From: Treponemataceae bacterium
GTDB lineage: Bacteria; Spirochaetota; Spirochaetia; Treponematales; Rectinemataceae
NCBI GenBank assembly: GCA_963678065.2
Contig: CAXXVZ010000003.1
Span: 800,001-864,000 of the forward strand
Direction: 5' to 3'
DNA: 64,000 nt
The position numbers were made by a program, and so were the translations under genes. This document shows positions 19,751-30,097 of the stretch, one piece after another; the stretch's first letter is position 1; every line of letters starts with the position of its first letter. A model generated the notes under the pieces. That model saw only the letters and a program-made list of their open reading frames with translations, had not been told where the DNA came from and did not search any database.

Positions 19751-21645
19751 AACGAGTAAGAGAATGCACACCCCTCATAGAACCGAACTTGCGGATTTCA
19801 AGCATTCGGCTCTTCGACGATATTCACCACATGCGCTCTTGAGAGAATACAGGTAATGGTAGATTCGTGGTTTCGGCAGCTCGTGGCGTTCTAGGTAGAT
19901 GGAAAAGGCAACCCAGTCCATGCAATTCTTCTGGCTCCGCCTATTTATCCACTTGAACACCATTCGCCGTACCCTATGTAAAAGTTTATAATACTTTGAG
20001 AGTTTCTGCTTATCCCATAGTAGCGAAAATGACCCAGAAGTTTGGCCTTGAGTATTGTCCACCATTCCTGTATTGGTACTCGGTTTCTGATATTCTTCAA
20101 CCATTGGTTCATTTCCTTCAGCTTCACAGCCAGTTTCTTGCGATCAGTCTTGTGGCCGAGCTCGAAGAATCCGCTTCGCGTTTTATCCATGTAATGGGTA
20201 AAATCGAGGAAATTGAATGTCTCCGGCTTCGTACCATTCCCCTTCGCGTCCCATCCGGCGAATCGTCCGAACTCAATAATCCGCGTCTTCTCTTTTGTCA
20301 GCTCCAGATTGAATTTATCAAGCCGTCCCATGAGCGCTTTGAGTATCTTTTCCGCTTCGTCCTTGTACTGTACGCAGATTACAAAGTCATCAGCATACCA
20401 CGGCCATTTCCACTACCCCACGGCATCGAGGCTTCACTACGCGCTTAAGCCCAATAGGTCGAGCACATAATGAAGATATACGTTGGCGAGTATGGGGGAG
20501 ACGATCCCACCTTGGGGAGTTCCCGTAACACTCTCGTGAAACGTTCCTTCCTCCATCTAGCCGTTGTGTAGAAAGCGGGCGATCAGGTGCAGCAGGTTCG
20601 GGTCGCTTATCCTGTGCTCCAGGAACTTCAGTACCCAGGAATGCAAAACGTTGTCGAAAAATCCCTTGATGTCGCAGTCAATCACATGATTGACCGGTTT
20701 CGTCATGATGATCTTGTCGACACGTTCCACTGCCTGGTGACAGCTCCTCTTGGGGCGAAATCCATAGGAGCAGTCGAGAAAGTTGGCTTCGTATACCGCT
20801 TCCAGTATCCGGGCTATCCCTGTTTGGACTATCTTGTCCTCTGTCGAGGGGATACCAAGCGGCTGCAGTTTCTTGTTGGCCTTGGGGTGTATTGTATACT
20901 CCTCGCACCGGCTGTGGCTTATAGGCCTGACTTTTCTATCTCACCACGAGATTCATCAAGTTTTCGTCGAGGGTTCGTCCGTGTTCTTCTATTCCGATCC
21001 CGTCGATTCCCGCCGCCTTTCCTTCCTTGAGTATCTCAGAGCACTCTCTCAGATTCGCTTCATTGAGCAAATAGGCCGCGTTGTTGATCTTTTCCCCGTT
21101 TCCTCTCCTTGTGATCTCGGCCATGAGGGTCAGTTTCGTTTGTATGGTAGCCTCGTCTCCTGTACGATCTATGTCCCTCTGCATACCGCCGCCGATCCCT
21201 TCGAGTGAACTGTAGTCCTCGCGGGCCGTTACCCCGCTACACCTCTACTACGAATCAGTCCGACTCCCGATGGTCATCTCCGCGTCCTCGCCTTTCCAGC
21301 TTGTCAGCGGATATCCCCATATTTCGGGAACCCAGCAGGGCCCCCAAGTTCCTGTGTTTTCCGTTCGTGGCCAGACCGCGGCCTTCGACACCGATGAAGC
21401 GATGCAGCGCTCGCCCTGACGTGCCGTACCGTGTTGCCTTCCGGCTATTGAACGCCGTCGGCCTCCATGACTTGTCCATTTCGGAGCTCAATACCTTCGC
21501 TCGCGTTGCGGTCTAGGCAATTCCTTCAAGCGGCTTTATCGCTTCCCGTTACCGGTAACGATGCGCTGTCAGTGGCAGGTGGTCGGCTCGACCTTGCCTG
21601 CGCCGGACTCTAGCCGGCAAGAAAACACAAGCTTTCTTGGCGCAC
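19751..21645 (-). mobile_element. Group II intron (class E-like) with pseudogenised reverse transcriptase/maturase
   Basis: 5' GTGCG at 21645; domain V GAGCCGAATGCTTGAAATCCGCAAGTTCGGTTC; RT fragments AAGIDG, LGIPSTEDKIVQ, SYGFRP, GTPQGGIVSP, YADDF, with frameshifts and stops. Confidence 0.88.
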
Positions 21646-21659
21646 TCAATAGTGGACAA

Positions 21660-21704
21660 ATGGGGCGCAGCGGAATCCCCGTCCAGTGTAGCGCGTTGTT
21701 AATC
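21660..21704 (-). other. attC left half (truncated)
   Basis: GATTAAC-aacgcgctacactggacggggattccgctgcg right after the stop of 21710..22570. Confidence 0.65.
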
Positions 21705-21709
21705 GATAC

Positions 21710-22570
21710 TCATGTCTGTTTGTCCACGTGGCCACTTTCCATAGTGTCCGGATTCTTGACGACAACCGCACCTGCTCCAGACGGAATCCATGCACTCAGA
21801 CGCATTTCCTCATCCTGTGTCAACGGGAAAGCTGTTAGCGTCGCATGTGACCCCCATGCTTGAAGGATTGCCTTAAGATACCAGACCTGCGGCTTTGTCA
21901 ATGCGCTTACGAATTCGACTTGAACGGCCTTGGGATACATCTGCCAAACGAGATTGCGGAAGACCTCCGCGTTGTCAGGCAAACAGTTAGCCCAGATCTG
22001 TTCTGTTCTTTGCGATCGCTCGCGAAAGAGACACGATCCCCATTCGTCGGGAATAGCTGAGAGAAGCTCGTCTATATCTGAGTCAGGTGAATACGCAGTC
22101 AAACACCAAAAAGGCCGTTTCTGAGTGATTTCAGATTCAATCTTTGTGCTATTGATCTTCGTTCTCACTCGCGCAAGGACGTCATCTGGTGTTGGATGCA
22201 CCAACGAAAGAGCCCGCGCAACATACTCAAGGGGAGTTCCACCTTCGTCTCCCAAGGAATCAGATGTCAGATAGAAGTTCCCAAGGTTCGCTTGAGCTAC
22301 ACTGTTCCAGATATTCAGTCTTATCGCCTCCCGACCAAGGGAGATCGCAGTCACCAAATCCTGTTTGAGCCATGCCTGTGCCGCTGCAGTTGCTCTTTGT
22401 CCTGACTCTCTACGAGCAGCAGCGTGTTCCTCAACCGTTTCTATTCGATTTGAGCGACAATGAGGACAGGCATATAGACCCGGTGCCATTAACCTGTGAC
22501 AATCGATACATCGGTCAAGGCCTCTGAGGAACATGTATCCAAATGATTTGCGTTGTGTTGATTCTTCCAT
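21710..22570 (-). CDS. Cassette-borne protein with N-terminal Zn ribbon and TPR-like segment
   Basis: CIDCH...CPHC; AIRLNIWNSVAQANLGNFY; start reassigned to MEESTQ after attC R' and GGAG. Confidence 0.65.
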   Translation of the reverse strand: MEESTQRKSFGYMFLRGLDRCIDCHRLMAPGLYACPHCRSNRIETVEEHAAARRESGQRATAAAQAWLKQDLVTAISLGREAIRLNIWNSVAQANLGNFYLTSDSLGDEGGTPLEYVARALSLVHPTPDDVLARVRTKINSTKIESEITQKRPFWCLTAYSPDSDIDELLSAIPDEWGSCLFRERSQRTEQIWANCLPDNAEVFRNLVWQMYPKAVQVEFVSALTKPQVWYLKAILQAWGSHATLTAFPLTQDEEMRLSAWIPSGAGAVVVKNPDTMESGHVDKQT

Positions 22571-22581
22571 ATTCTGTCTCC

Positions 22582-22643
22582 AACTAACGTCTGCGGCATC
22601 AGCGGCAGGGCGAAGCGCTGTCCGTCTGGATGCTGTTGTAGAC
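22582..22643 (-). other. attC site
   Basis: Minus strand tctacAAC-agcatccagacggacagcgcttcgccctgccgctgatgc-cgcagacGTTAGTT. Confidence 0.75.
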
Positions 22644-22706
22644 ATCCCGACACCAACACAACAAGCAGCACGGGCTCTCTACGCCTGGCAGCTCGGAGCG
22701 CATCCG

Positions 22707-23275
22707 TCACTGGGCAGGCACGAAGCCCATCACGGACATGACCTCTGCGCTCAGCAGATGATCGCTTCCGCTGGGATACACGTATCTACCATCCTTCACG
22801 CAAGCGTCGAAGCCGAGATCGACTTCTCTGCACATGGCGTGGAACTCGTCTATCGTCCTCAAGACGCCCAGCGTCGTGCAACCAACGTAGCCTTCTACTG
22901 CAGCGCGCACTAGCGAATCATGAATGTAGCTGAGAGTTGCGACGTGGTCTGACCATACTGCGACCACGTACGGTCTGAACCCCAACGCACTGGTGTTCTG
23001 GCGCGTGATGAAGTCCTTCTCAACTCCGGTGGCCGAATCATTCACAAGGTGCTCTCCAGACCTGACCCAGCTGTCAAGGTCTCCCCAGTTCGACGAGTCA
23101 ATTGGGGACACACGCAGCTCAAAGAAGGCTGTTCGGGCCTGGGCGTGCAGGTGTCATTCTCCGGACAGACGGTCTCCAGGATGGACTGGCAGAAGTACCT
23201 CTGCGGATTGAACTGCGCCCGGAATGTGGAGTCAAAGACGAACACTACTCCACCTTCGCGATCGACAGTATTCAT
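22707..23275 (-). pseudogene. Frameshifted cassette ORF, unknown function
   Basis: Two overlapping partial ORFs (23042-23275 and 22707-23111) between attC sites. Confidence 0.45.
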
Positions 23276-23318
23276 GCGCACACCCCCTTCTGCGTAGATG
23301 GACGTCTGTTGCCGGTGT

Positions 23319-23425
23319 GCCCAACATTGGCTTGACCTTTAAACCCCGTGCTTGAGCGAAGCGATGGCTTGTCGTGGTTCTTGCGTAATCTTCTCGCAAG
23401 AACCACGACAAAGGGGCTTTATAAG
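23319..23425 (-). other. attC site, left end interrupted by a group II intron
   Basis: TGTCGTGGTTCTTGCG/CGCAAGAACCACGACA stem, cgcttcgctc motif, R' GTTGGGC. Confidence 0.7.
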
Positions 23426-23730
23426 GTCGAGTAGGCCAGGGAAATTTCACCCCCAGCCCCTCACAGAACCGTACGTGATAGGCTCCCATCATACGGCTCT
23501 TTATATTCAACCAGTACCATACCAGCTTAGTTCCCAGTGCTCGAAAAGCTGCGGCAATCGTCTGGCTTCATTTGCGATAAACGCGAAGGCCATGTACCAA
23601 CTCCGCTTGAGTTTCCTGTATCGATTCTTTGCCCACTTAACTAAAATCGCATTGAACATCTCACAGATGCCGACCAACGCAGTTCATCGAGACTTCCCAT
23701 AATAGTTTAGCCATCTCCTCTGCGATCGGA
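23426..23730 (-). mobile_element. Group II intron 3' remnant (class D-like)
   Basis: Domain V/VI GAGCCGTATGATGGGAGCCTATCACGTACGGTTCTGTGAGGGG...CTACTCGAC; maturase tail WLNYYG...LVKWAKNRYRKLKR. Confidence 0.8.
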
Positions 23731-24012
23731 GCGATCACTTCATTATGACTAAGCAATACAACTATGCCTTTATTGCTGCATAAGGTTTTTGCTTTATCAC
23801 CGTTAGGAGGGTGGTAATTCTTTTGAGGACAAAAATTAGATGTGCGCAACTTCCCTCGCCGCAACAGAGTGGAAGCATGACAACGCATCCTTACTCATCG
23901 ACGCGGGGAACACCTCCACAAGTATGACTCTATTTTATTCTTGTTTTGCATGCTGTCAACTAAGAATCTTCTCAATAACAAGAGGCTGTCTAGGAAATGA
24001 TTCCCGGACATG

Positions 24013-24101
24013 AAAGGGCGCGATTGGCTGTTCACTACTTAGGATGCTCGGATCAAACTCAAGAGACTTTATCCACAGATTAGCATGTAACAGAGTACAA
24101 G
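24013..24101 (+). mobile_element. Second IS630 right-end remnant
   Basis: GGATCAAACTCAAGAGACTTTATCCACAGATT nearly identical to 14596-14628. Confidence 0.8.
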
Positions 24102-24270
24102 CTACAAATATTATTTAAAATTTGGGGTCTTCTCAAACCAAAAGCCTCATCGTACACCTACATCTGAGTATTATGAAGTTATTGCGGTTTTTCATGCTTT
24201 GACCGCGGGTATCGGGTATGGAGACCGCGGATAGTTAGCTGGCGGAAAGGAAATCTGGGAGAGGAAAGGA

Positions 24271-25011
24271 GTGACGAGAGGGATGACGTTGAAGGAGTTG
24301 GTGAGCGCCGCGAGGGTGGAGATTGAGAAGGGAGAGGGGGCGGATCGGGGGGTGCTTGCGGAGCTTGTGGGGAAGATGGAGCCGCAGGTTGTGAGGGATC
24401 AGGCGGCGCTCGCGCGGCTTGAGAAGAGGTCGCTGGTGGTGGGGGATCGGAGTCCTGAGGAGGTGGCGAAGGTTTTTCAGGATTTTGAGGATTTGAAGAA
24501 TGCAGTTGAGGAGCTGCGGGCGGCTTCGGAGGAGAAGGATCGGAGGCTTGAGAAGGTGGCGAAGGAGCGGGCGGTTTCGGAGAAGGGGCTCGCTGATGCG
24601 CTTGCGGGGGAGAAGTCGGCGGTGGCGCGGTTAGTCTTGGACAATGGGCTGACGGCGGAGTTGTTGCGGGCGAATGTGAAGGCTTCGTTGATTCCGGCGG
24701 CGAAGGCGTTGATTCGGGAGAAGGGGATTCTGTCGATTGAGTCGGAGGGGGATATCAGGCGGGCGGTGGCAACGCTGAAGCGGGAGGGGAAAGAATCGAG
24801 GGTGGAGCTTGCGGCCTATATCACGGAGTTTGCGGCTTCGGATGAGGGGAAGGAGTTTGTTCAAGCTCCGGCGAATTCGGGAGGTGGCGCGAGTGAGGCG
24901 AGGGGTGCGGGGGCTGTGCAGGGGAAGGTGATGCGGGAGGAGGTTTTCGCGGCGCTGCCACCGAAGGAGAAGGCCCGGTTTATGGCGGAGAAGGGGGCGC
25001 TGGTGGCGTAG
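24271..25011 (+). CDS. Capsid scaffolding protein
   Basis: Coiled-coil; C-terminal FVQAPANSGGGA...REEVFAALPPKEKARFM; immediately upstream of the capsid gene. Confidence 0.75.
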   Translation: MTRGMTLKELVSAARVEIEKGEGADRGVLAELVGKMEPQVVRDQAALARLEKRSLVVGDRSPEEVAKVFQDFEDLKNAVEELRAASEEKDRRLEKVAKERAVSEKGLADALAGEKSAVARLVLDNGLTAELLRANVKASLIPAAKALIREKGILSIESEGDIRRAVATLKREGKESRVELAAYITEFAASDEGKEFVQAPANSGGGASEARGAGAVQGKVMREEVFAALPPKEKARFMAEKGALVA

Positions 25012-25053
25012 GTCAGGGATTCGAGAGTGGTTGGGTGGTGGTGCGGGGCGGGC

Positions 25054-25115
25054 CTGTCGGGAGACAGTCCCCTACCCTCGCGTTCTTTTTTTGAAGGGCC
25101 ACTGTCGGGAGACAG
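25054..25115 (+). promoter_or_regulatory. Two identical CTGTC-GGGA-GACAG hairpins in the capsid leader, with a T-tract between
   Basis: Copies at 25054-25067 and 25102-25115; the second abuts the capsid RBS. Confidence 0.55.
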
Positions 25116-25127
25116 AGGGAGTTCGGG

Positions 25128-26276
25128 GTGGGAAATGTGTTTACGGCTCTGATGCCGGTGCTGTTTTCGGCGGCTCAGGAGATTTCCTGCGAGCCGTTCG
25201 GGATCATCAGTGCGATTTCGTCAAATTTTGACGATAAGCAGGTGGCGAAGGGCGATGTGGTGAAGGTGCCGCTCGCGTCGGGCGGGGTACCTGAGGATTT
25301 TGTGCCGGCGAATGTGCCGCCGCAGGGGGATTCGGATACTGCGGGTGAGGTGGATGTTCAGATTACGGCTTCGAAGAAGCGGTCCTGGCATCTGACGGGA
25401 GAGCAGCGGCGCTCGCTCGAGAATGCGGGGACGGACAAGGAGTGGCTCCGGCAGAAGGTTATGCAGGAGATGCGGGCGCTCCGGAATGCCGCGGAGGCGG
25501 ACTGTGGGCTCGCGATTGTGGAGGGTGCGTCGCGGGCGTTCGGGGTGGCGGGGACGACGCCGTTTGCATCGAGTCTTGATGACCTCATCGGGGTGCGGAA
25601 GGTTTTGAAGGACAATGGGGCTCCGATGGCGGACTTGCAGTTTGTCTGCGATACGGCGGCTGAGGCGAACCTTTTAAAGTTGGCGACGATTCAGCAGGCG
25701 TACGCGGCGGGTTCCGATGAGGAGCGCCGGCTGGGGCGGATCGGGCGACAGTTCGGTTTTGCGATTTCGAATTCGGCCCAGATCGGGCTGCACACAAAAG
25801 GGACAGGCACTACCTACCTCATCAATGCGACGACGCCGATGGCGGTCGGGGACTGTGAAACGGTTCTCTCCGCGGCTGGGGGCGGGTCGGGGACGATTCT
25901 TGCAGGCGATGTGGTGACGTTCGCGGCGGATGCGGTGAACAAGTATGTGGTGAATGAGGGTGTGTCGGCGATCGCGCAACGGCTCGCGATCGGGCGGCCG
26001 GGCGTGCGAAAGGCGATTGCGGTTTCGAATGCAATCACGGTGGGGGCTTCGTATACGCCGAGTCTCGCGTTTGAGCGCGGGGCTGTGGTGGGGATCATGC
26101 GGCCTCCGGTGATGCCGGCGAATCCGACGATGAGTCAGACGATGATCTGCGACGCAAAGGGGATGACGTATCTGCTGATCGAGATTGCGCAGTACGGGCA
26201 GGTGTCCTGGGAGTTGCACCTGGCCTGGGGTTTCCGGGTGATTCAGTCGGAGCATGTGGCGCTCCTTCTCGGGTAG
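25128..26276 (+). CDS. Major capsid protein (P22 coat-like)
   Basis: 382 aa after scaffold; SRAFGVAGTTPF, LKDNGAP, ILAGDVVTFA, C-terminal LAWGFRVIQSEHVALLLG. Confidence 0.85.
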   Translation: MGNVFTALMPVLFSAAQEISCEPFGIISAISSNFDDKQVAKGDVVKVPLASGGVPEDFVPANVPPQGDSDTAGEVDVQITASKKRSWHLTGEQRRSLENAGTDKEWLRQKVMQEMRALRNAAEADCGLAIVEGASRAFGVAGTTPFASSLDDLIGVRKVLKDNGAPMADLQFVCDTAAEANLLKLATIQQAYAAGSDEERRLGRIGRQFGFAISNSAQIGLHTKGTGTTYLINATTPMAVGDCETVLSAAGGGSGTILAGDVVTFAADAVNKYVVNEGVSAIAQRLAIGRPGVRKAIAVSNAITVGASYTPSLAFERGAVVGIMRPPVMPANPTMSQTMICDAKGMTYLLIEIAQYGQVSWELHLAWGFRVIQSEHVALLLG

Positions 26277-26308
26277 CCGTTTGTCTTAACGGTGACGGGG
26301 TATGTTGC

Positions 26309-26812
26309 GTGAGTCTCGTGGTGGAAGACGGGTCGGGGGTTGCGGGGGCCGAGAGCTATGCGTCGGTGGCGCGGTTTATCGGGTACCGGAGTGTCTCGGG
26401 GCTGTCGATTCCAACGGAGACGAGGGAAGAGAATCTGGAATGGGCGCTGATCGGGGGGACTGCGTATCTCAACTTCCGGTATGCCTGGCTGTGGCCGGGG
26501 CGGCGATGGTCGAGAGAGCAGGGCTTAGCCTGGCCGCGAGCGGGAGCCTGCGACAAGGAGGGAGTTGCGCTTGTAGGACTTCCGCTCGGGGTTGTGCACG
26601 CGGCGATGGAGGCGGCTCTGGTGGATCTGAATCAGCCGGGGATTCTGTGGGATTCGCTGAACGGGAACGGGACGGTTCGGGCGGAGTCCGAGGGTGGGGT
26701 CAGGAAGGAGTACGAACGGGGGATTCCGGGTCTGCGTTCGTTTCCGGCGATTCATGCTCAGGTGGCGGGTTTCCTCGTGGCTGAGTCGGGTATCCGGGTG
26801 GAGCGCGGGTGA
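26309..26812 (+). CDS. Head-tail adaptor (DnaT-like phage family)
   Basis: LVVEDGSGVAGAESYASV start and QGLAWPR motif. Confidence 0.8.
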   Translation: MSLVVEDGSGVAGAESYASVARFIGYRSVSGLSIPTETREENLEWALIGGTAYLNFRYAWLWPGRRWSREQGLAWPRAGACDKEGVALVGLPLGVVHAAMEAALVDLNQPGILWDSLNGNGTVRAESEGGVRKEYERGIPGLRSFPAIHAQVAGFLVAESGIRVERG

Positions 26813-27096
26813 AACGACGGGATCTGCTCGCGCTCTATGCGCCGGTGGATGGGTTGAGCGTGGAGCAGGTGCGGACTCGTTCGTATGTGTTTGTGAAGTC
26901 GGTGGCGGGGACTGTGCAGCCTGCGCCGGGGAAGCTGGGAGCGGAGGGGCGGGGTTTTGTGGTGTTCTGTGATCCGGATGCGGCGATCGGCGAGGATTCG
27001 GCCTTTGGGTATGGCGGGGCGCTTTATCGCGTCGGGGCTTTGGCGGTGTGGAAGAAGCATGTGCGGGTGGCGCTCGTTCGTGTGGAAGGGGGATGA
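26809..27096 (+). CDS. Putative head-closure protein
   Basis: Position and size, GTVQP motif, GTGA coupling. Confidence 0.55.
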   Translation: MKRRDLLALYAPVDGLSVEQVRTRSYVFVKSVAGTVQPAPGKLGAEGRGFVVFCDPDAAIGEDSAFGYGGALYRVGALAVWKKHVRVALVRVEGG

Positions 27097-27471
27097 GTGG
27101 TGAATGTAAAGGCGTGGTTGTTGCCGCGGCTTGTACATGATGCGGGGATTTTGGGGGTGTTGGGGAGTCCGGGGAAGCTGGTGTACGGGGCGCCGACGAC
27201 GCCGCCGGCCCTCCCCTTTCTCGCATACAGGGAGTCGGGGAATCGGGATTCGCACTTTTCGATCGAGGGGGTTTGGGGGGTGGAGTCGACGTTTTCGTTC
27301 GCTCTGTACGACAGGGTAAGTACGTCGGCGCTCGAGGAGGCGCTGGATCGGGCGATGCGGGGGATGGGATTCTACCGAATGCTTGGAAGGGATGTTCCGA
27401 ATGGGCATGGGGAGTGGGTGCAGAGGAGCGTAGGGTACAGGAGGGTGCTCAGTGACAGGGAGGTTGCGTGA
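27097..27471 (+). CDS. Putative tail terminator/completion protein
   Basis: PFLAYRE...LDRAMRGMGFYR pattern; position after neck genes. Confidence 0.6.
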   Translation: MVNVKAWLLPRLVHDAGILGVLGSPGKLVYGAPTTPPALPFLAYRESGNRDSHFSIEGVWGVESTFSFALYDRVSTSALEEALDRAMRGMGFYRMLGRDVPNGHGEWVQRSVGYRRVLSDREVA

Positions 27472-27656
27472 GGGGATTTTGTTTGGAAGAGCAGGATGCG
27501 CAAGATGCACAGGACTCGCAGGATGCACAGGATGTGCGGGAGAAGCGTGAGGGGGAAGGGGTCAGGATTCGGATGATCGACGAAGAGAGTCCACTTGCAG
27601 CGCTGCGGGCTGTGCGGGAGATCGCTCGGGAGTTGGCGTTGCGGGCTGGCATGTAG
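27468..27656 (+). CDS. 62-aa ORF, probably a vestigial tail-tube-start/tape-measure C-terminus fusion
   Basis: GGAGGT RBS, QDA repeats, C-terminal SPLAALRAVREIARELAL resembling tape-measure C-termini; directly before Dit. Confidence 0.45.
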   Translation: MRGFCLEEQDAQDAQDSQDAQDVREKREGEGVRIRMIDEESPLAALRAVREIARELALRAGM

Positions 27657-27668
27657 GTCGGATTCGGG

Positions 27669-28553
27669 ATGCGGGTCTGGTTTGAGAGTGCTTCGGGGGA
27701 GGTGCTGGATTTTTCGGCGCATCCGTTCAGGATCACCGAGGTGACGGGGGTGGATCGGGCGGCTGTGGCGGTGGAGGGGTCTCGTGCGCCGGCTCAGGAT
27801 GGGTTTTCGGTGGTGGGGTCGTGTTTTGAGGCGCGGACGGTGGGGGTTTCGGGGGTGCTGACGCCCTACCCGGCTGATGCGGAGTCTGTGGATGCGGTGC
27901 GGCGGCGGATGGTGCGAGCGCTGTGTCCGAAGTCAGGATGCGGGCGGTTCGTGGTGGAGTCGGGCCAGAAGGGGTTCGTAATCCAGGCGATGGCGGTGGA
28001 TTCACCGTTTTTTCCGCAGGTTGATGTCAGGCGGCCGCATCAGCGGTTTGTGCTGCGGTTTGTGTGTCCGAATCCGTACTGGCTGGATCTCGCGGAAACG
28101 GAAGTGGTGATTCTGTACTTCGGGGTGCAAACGGAGTTTTCCGAGGCGGGGATCGCGTTCGGGGCTGGCGGGATCGAGATTGCGCGGTACGAGTGGACCG
28201 AAGGCAGACGGATTGAGGTACTGAATCCTGGGGATGTGGTCGCGCCGATGGTGATTGTGTTCTCGGGGCCGGTCTTGAATCCGACGGTACACAACCGGAC
28301 GACGGGGGAGTTTATCCAGATTCTGAAGGATGTGCGCGCGTGCGAGGTGGTGCGGATCGATTCGGGGTTTGGGCGGAAGACGGTTCGGATTGAGTCGGGG
28401 GGCTGTTCGATGAGCGGGATGCAGTTCCTGAATCTCGATTCCTCGTTTCTGTCGCTCGTGCCGGGGATGAATGCGATCGAGTTTGTGGACGAGGCGCCGG
28501 GGGAAGGGTCGGTGGCCCGGATTGTGTTCCGGGCGCGGTATGCGGGGGTGTGA
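27669..28553 (+). CDS. Distal tail (Dit)/siphovirus tail family protein
   Basis: APAQDG, FVCPNPYW, NPGDVVAP, NPTVHNRTTGE, SSFLSLVPGMNAI. Confidence 0.8.
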   Translation: MRVWFESASGEVLDFSAHPFRITEVTGVDRAAVAVEGSRAPAQDGFSVVGSCFEARTVGVSGVLTPYPADAESVDAVRRRMVRALCPKSGCGRFVVESGQKGFVIQAMAVDSPFFPQVDVRRPHQRFVLRFVCPNPYWLDLAETEVVILYFGVQTEFSEAGIAFGAGGIEIARYEWTEGRRIEVLNPGDVVAPMVIVFSGPVLNPTVHNRTTGEFIQILKDVRACEVVRIDSGFGRKTVRIESGGCSMSGMQFLNLDSSFLSLVPGMNAIEFVDEAPGEGSVARIVFRARYAGV

Positions 28554-28559
28554 ATCGGG

Positions 28560-30065
28560 ATGGCTCAGGTTTCGGGGTTTTTTACGAGTGTGGGCGGGGA
28601 CAGGGCATATCCGGCGGGGTTTTTCAACGCGCGGCTGCACGAGGCGTTTCAGCGGGCGGATGGGGTCCTGCTGGGTGCAGATGGGGAGCTCGCGGTGTCG
28701 GGGACGGGCGGGCTTTCGGTGATGGTGAATTCCGGGGTGGCGTTCAAGGCGGGGGTTCTGTATCTGAACGATGCGCCGGAGGTTGTGGCGCTGGGGAATC
28801 TGACGTCGGGGTTCCGGCGGATCGATCGGGTTGTGCTGCGGCTCGACAAAGCGGCGCGAACGATGCTCGCGGTGGTGATTCCCGGGTCGGCTGGGATGGA
28901 GCCTGTGGCACCGGCAGTTGTGGCACAGACGGATATTCTGTTGGCGCGTGTGCTCATAGACCGGCGTACGGGAGCATATGCGTTTTCAGTGACGGATGAA
29001 AGACAGTACCGGCCGCACTTTATAAACTCGCAGGACTGTCTGGACGATGTTCCGGATGGGGCGACATGGAAGAGGATTCGGGCTGAAGTGGCGGATGCAC
29101 TGAATGCGGGGGTTTTTCAGGTTTCCTGTACGATCTTTCAGTATCTTGCGAGGCTCGGATCGCAGACGGCGGTGTGCTGTCTCGTAAAAGGCAATTTGAC
29201 AGGGATTCTTGCGGGAACGGCTCCTGAAGCACGGATCTTCCGGAGTCTCGACGCAGGGGTGAGCTGGACAGATACGGGGAGGCTCGGGGGCGAGACTCAG
29301 GTTTTGTCGATGCTGGCGCTGGACGGGAATGTTGTGATCGCGGGGACCGGAATGACGGGGCACATTTTTCGTAGCGCGAACGACGGGGCGACGTGGGTAG
29401 ATGGGGGGCGGCTCGGGGGGTCGGAGTACGTGGCGGCCGTCGCTTCAAACGTGCATGCAACGGGAGGAAGTGGGGCGCCGATGATCACGCTTGTGGGGAC
29501 GGCACCGAATGGCGAGGTATTCCGGAGTCTGGATTCTGGAGTGAGCTGGAGTCTTGCCGGCAGGGTGGGAAGCGAGTCAGGGATCCGGGCGCTTGTGTCC
29601 CTCGGGGGAGGGATTTTCCTTGCGGGTACGGAAGGGACGGGGCGGATCTACCGGAGTACGGATGGGGGATTGAGCTGGAATCTCATGAAGACGCTCTCGG
29701 CGGATGCGATCAACGTGCTCTGTCTGTTCTCGCTCGGGGATGGGGTGATTCTCGCGGGAACGGGAGAAGGGGCAGAGATTCACCGGTCTGAGGACTCGGG
29801 ACTGAGCTGGGAGCGGGTGGCCCTGCTCGAGGGCTGTGTGGCGGTGAATGGATTTGTGAGGCTCGACTCGGGGAGGATTCTCGCGGCGGCGGAAGGGAGG
29901 TTTGGCATCTTTGAGAGTCGGGATTTCGGCGTTCGCTGGCGAGCGAATCAGCGTCTGGCGACGGAGCCAGGAGCGACGGCGATTGTGAAGGTGTATCCGG
30001 ACTGTGTGCTCGCGGGGACGAATGGAAACGCACAGATCCACCGCGGATCGACGGTGATTCTATAA
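28560..30065 (+). CDS. Baseplate/receptor-binding protein with BNR/Asp-box beta-propeller
   Basis: N-terminal SGFFTSVGGDRAY...RIDRVVLRLD; repeated RSxDxGxxW Asp-boxes. Confidence 0.75.
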   Translation: MAQVSGFFTSVGGDRAYPAGFFNARLHEAFQRADGVLLGADGELAVSGTGGLSVMVNSGVAFKAGVLYLNDAPEVVALGNLTSGFRRIDRVVLRLDKAARTMLAVVIPGSAGMEPVAPAVVAQTDILLARVLIDRRTGAYAFSVTDERQYRPHFINSQDCLDDVPDGATWKRIRAEVADALNAGVFQVSCTIFQYLARLGSQTAVCCLVKGNLTGILAGTAPEARIFRSLDAGVSWTDTGRLGGETQVLSMLALDGNVVIAGTGMTGHIFRSANDGATWVDGGRLGGSEYVAAVASNVHATGGSGAPMITLVGTAPNGEVFRSLDSGVSWSLAGRVGSESGIRALVSLGGGIFLAGTEGTGRIYRSTDGGLSWNLMKTLSADAINVLCLFSLGDGVILAGTGEGAEIHRSEDSGLSWERVALLEGCVAVNGFVRLDSGRILAAAEGRFGIFESRDFGVRWRANQRLATEPGATAIVKVYPDCVLAGTNGNAQIHRGSTVIL

Positions 30066-30097
30066 AGGAAGAGAGTACGGAGGCTCTGGCTGTTCGC

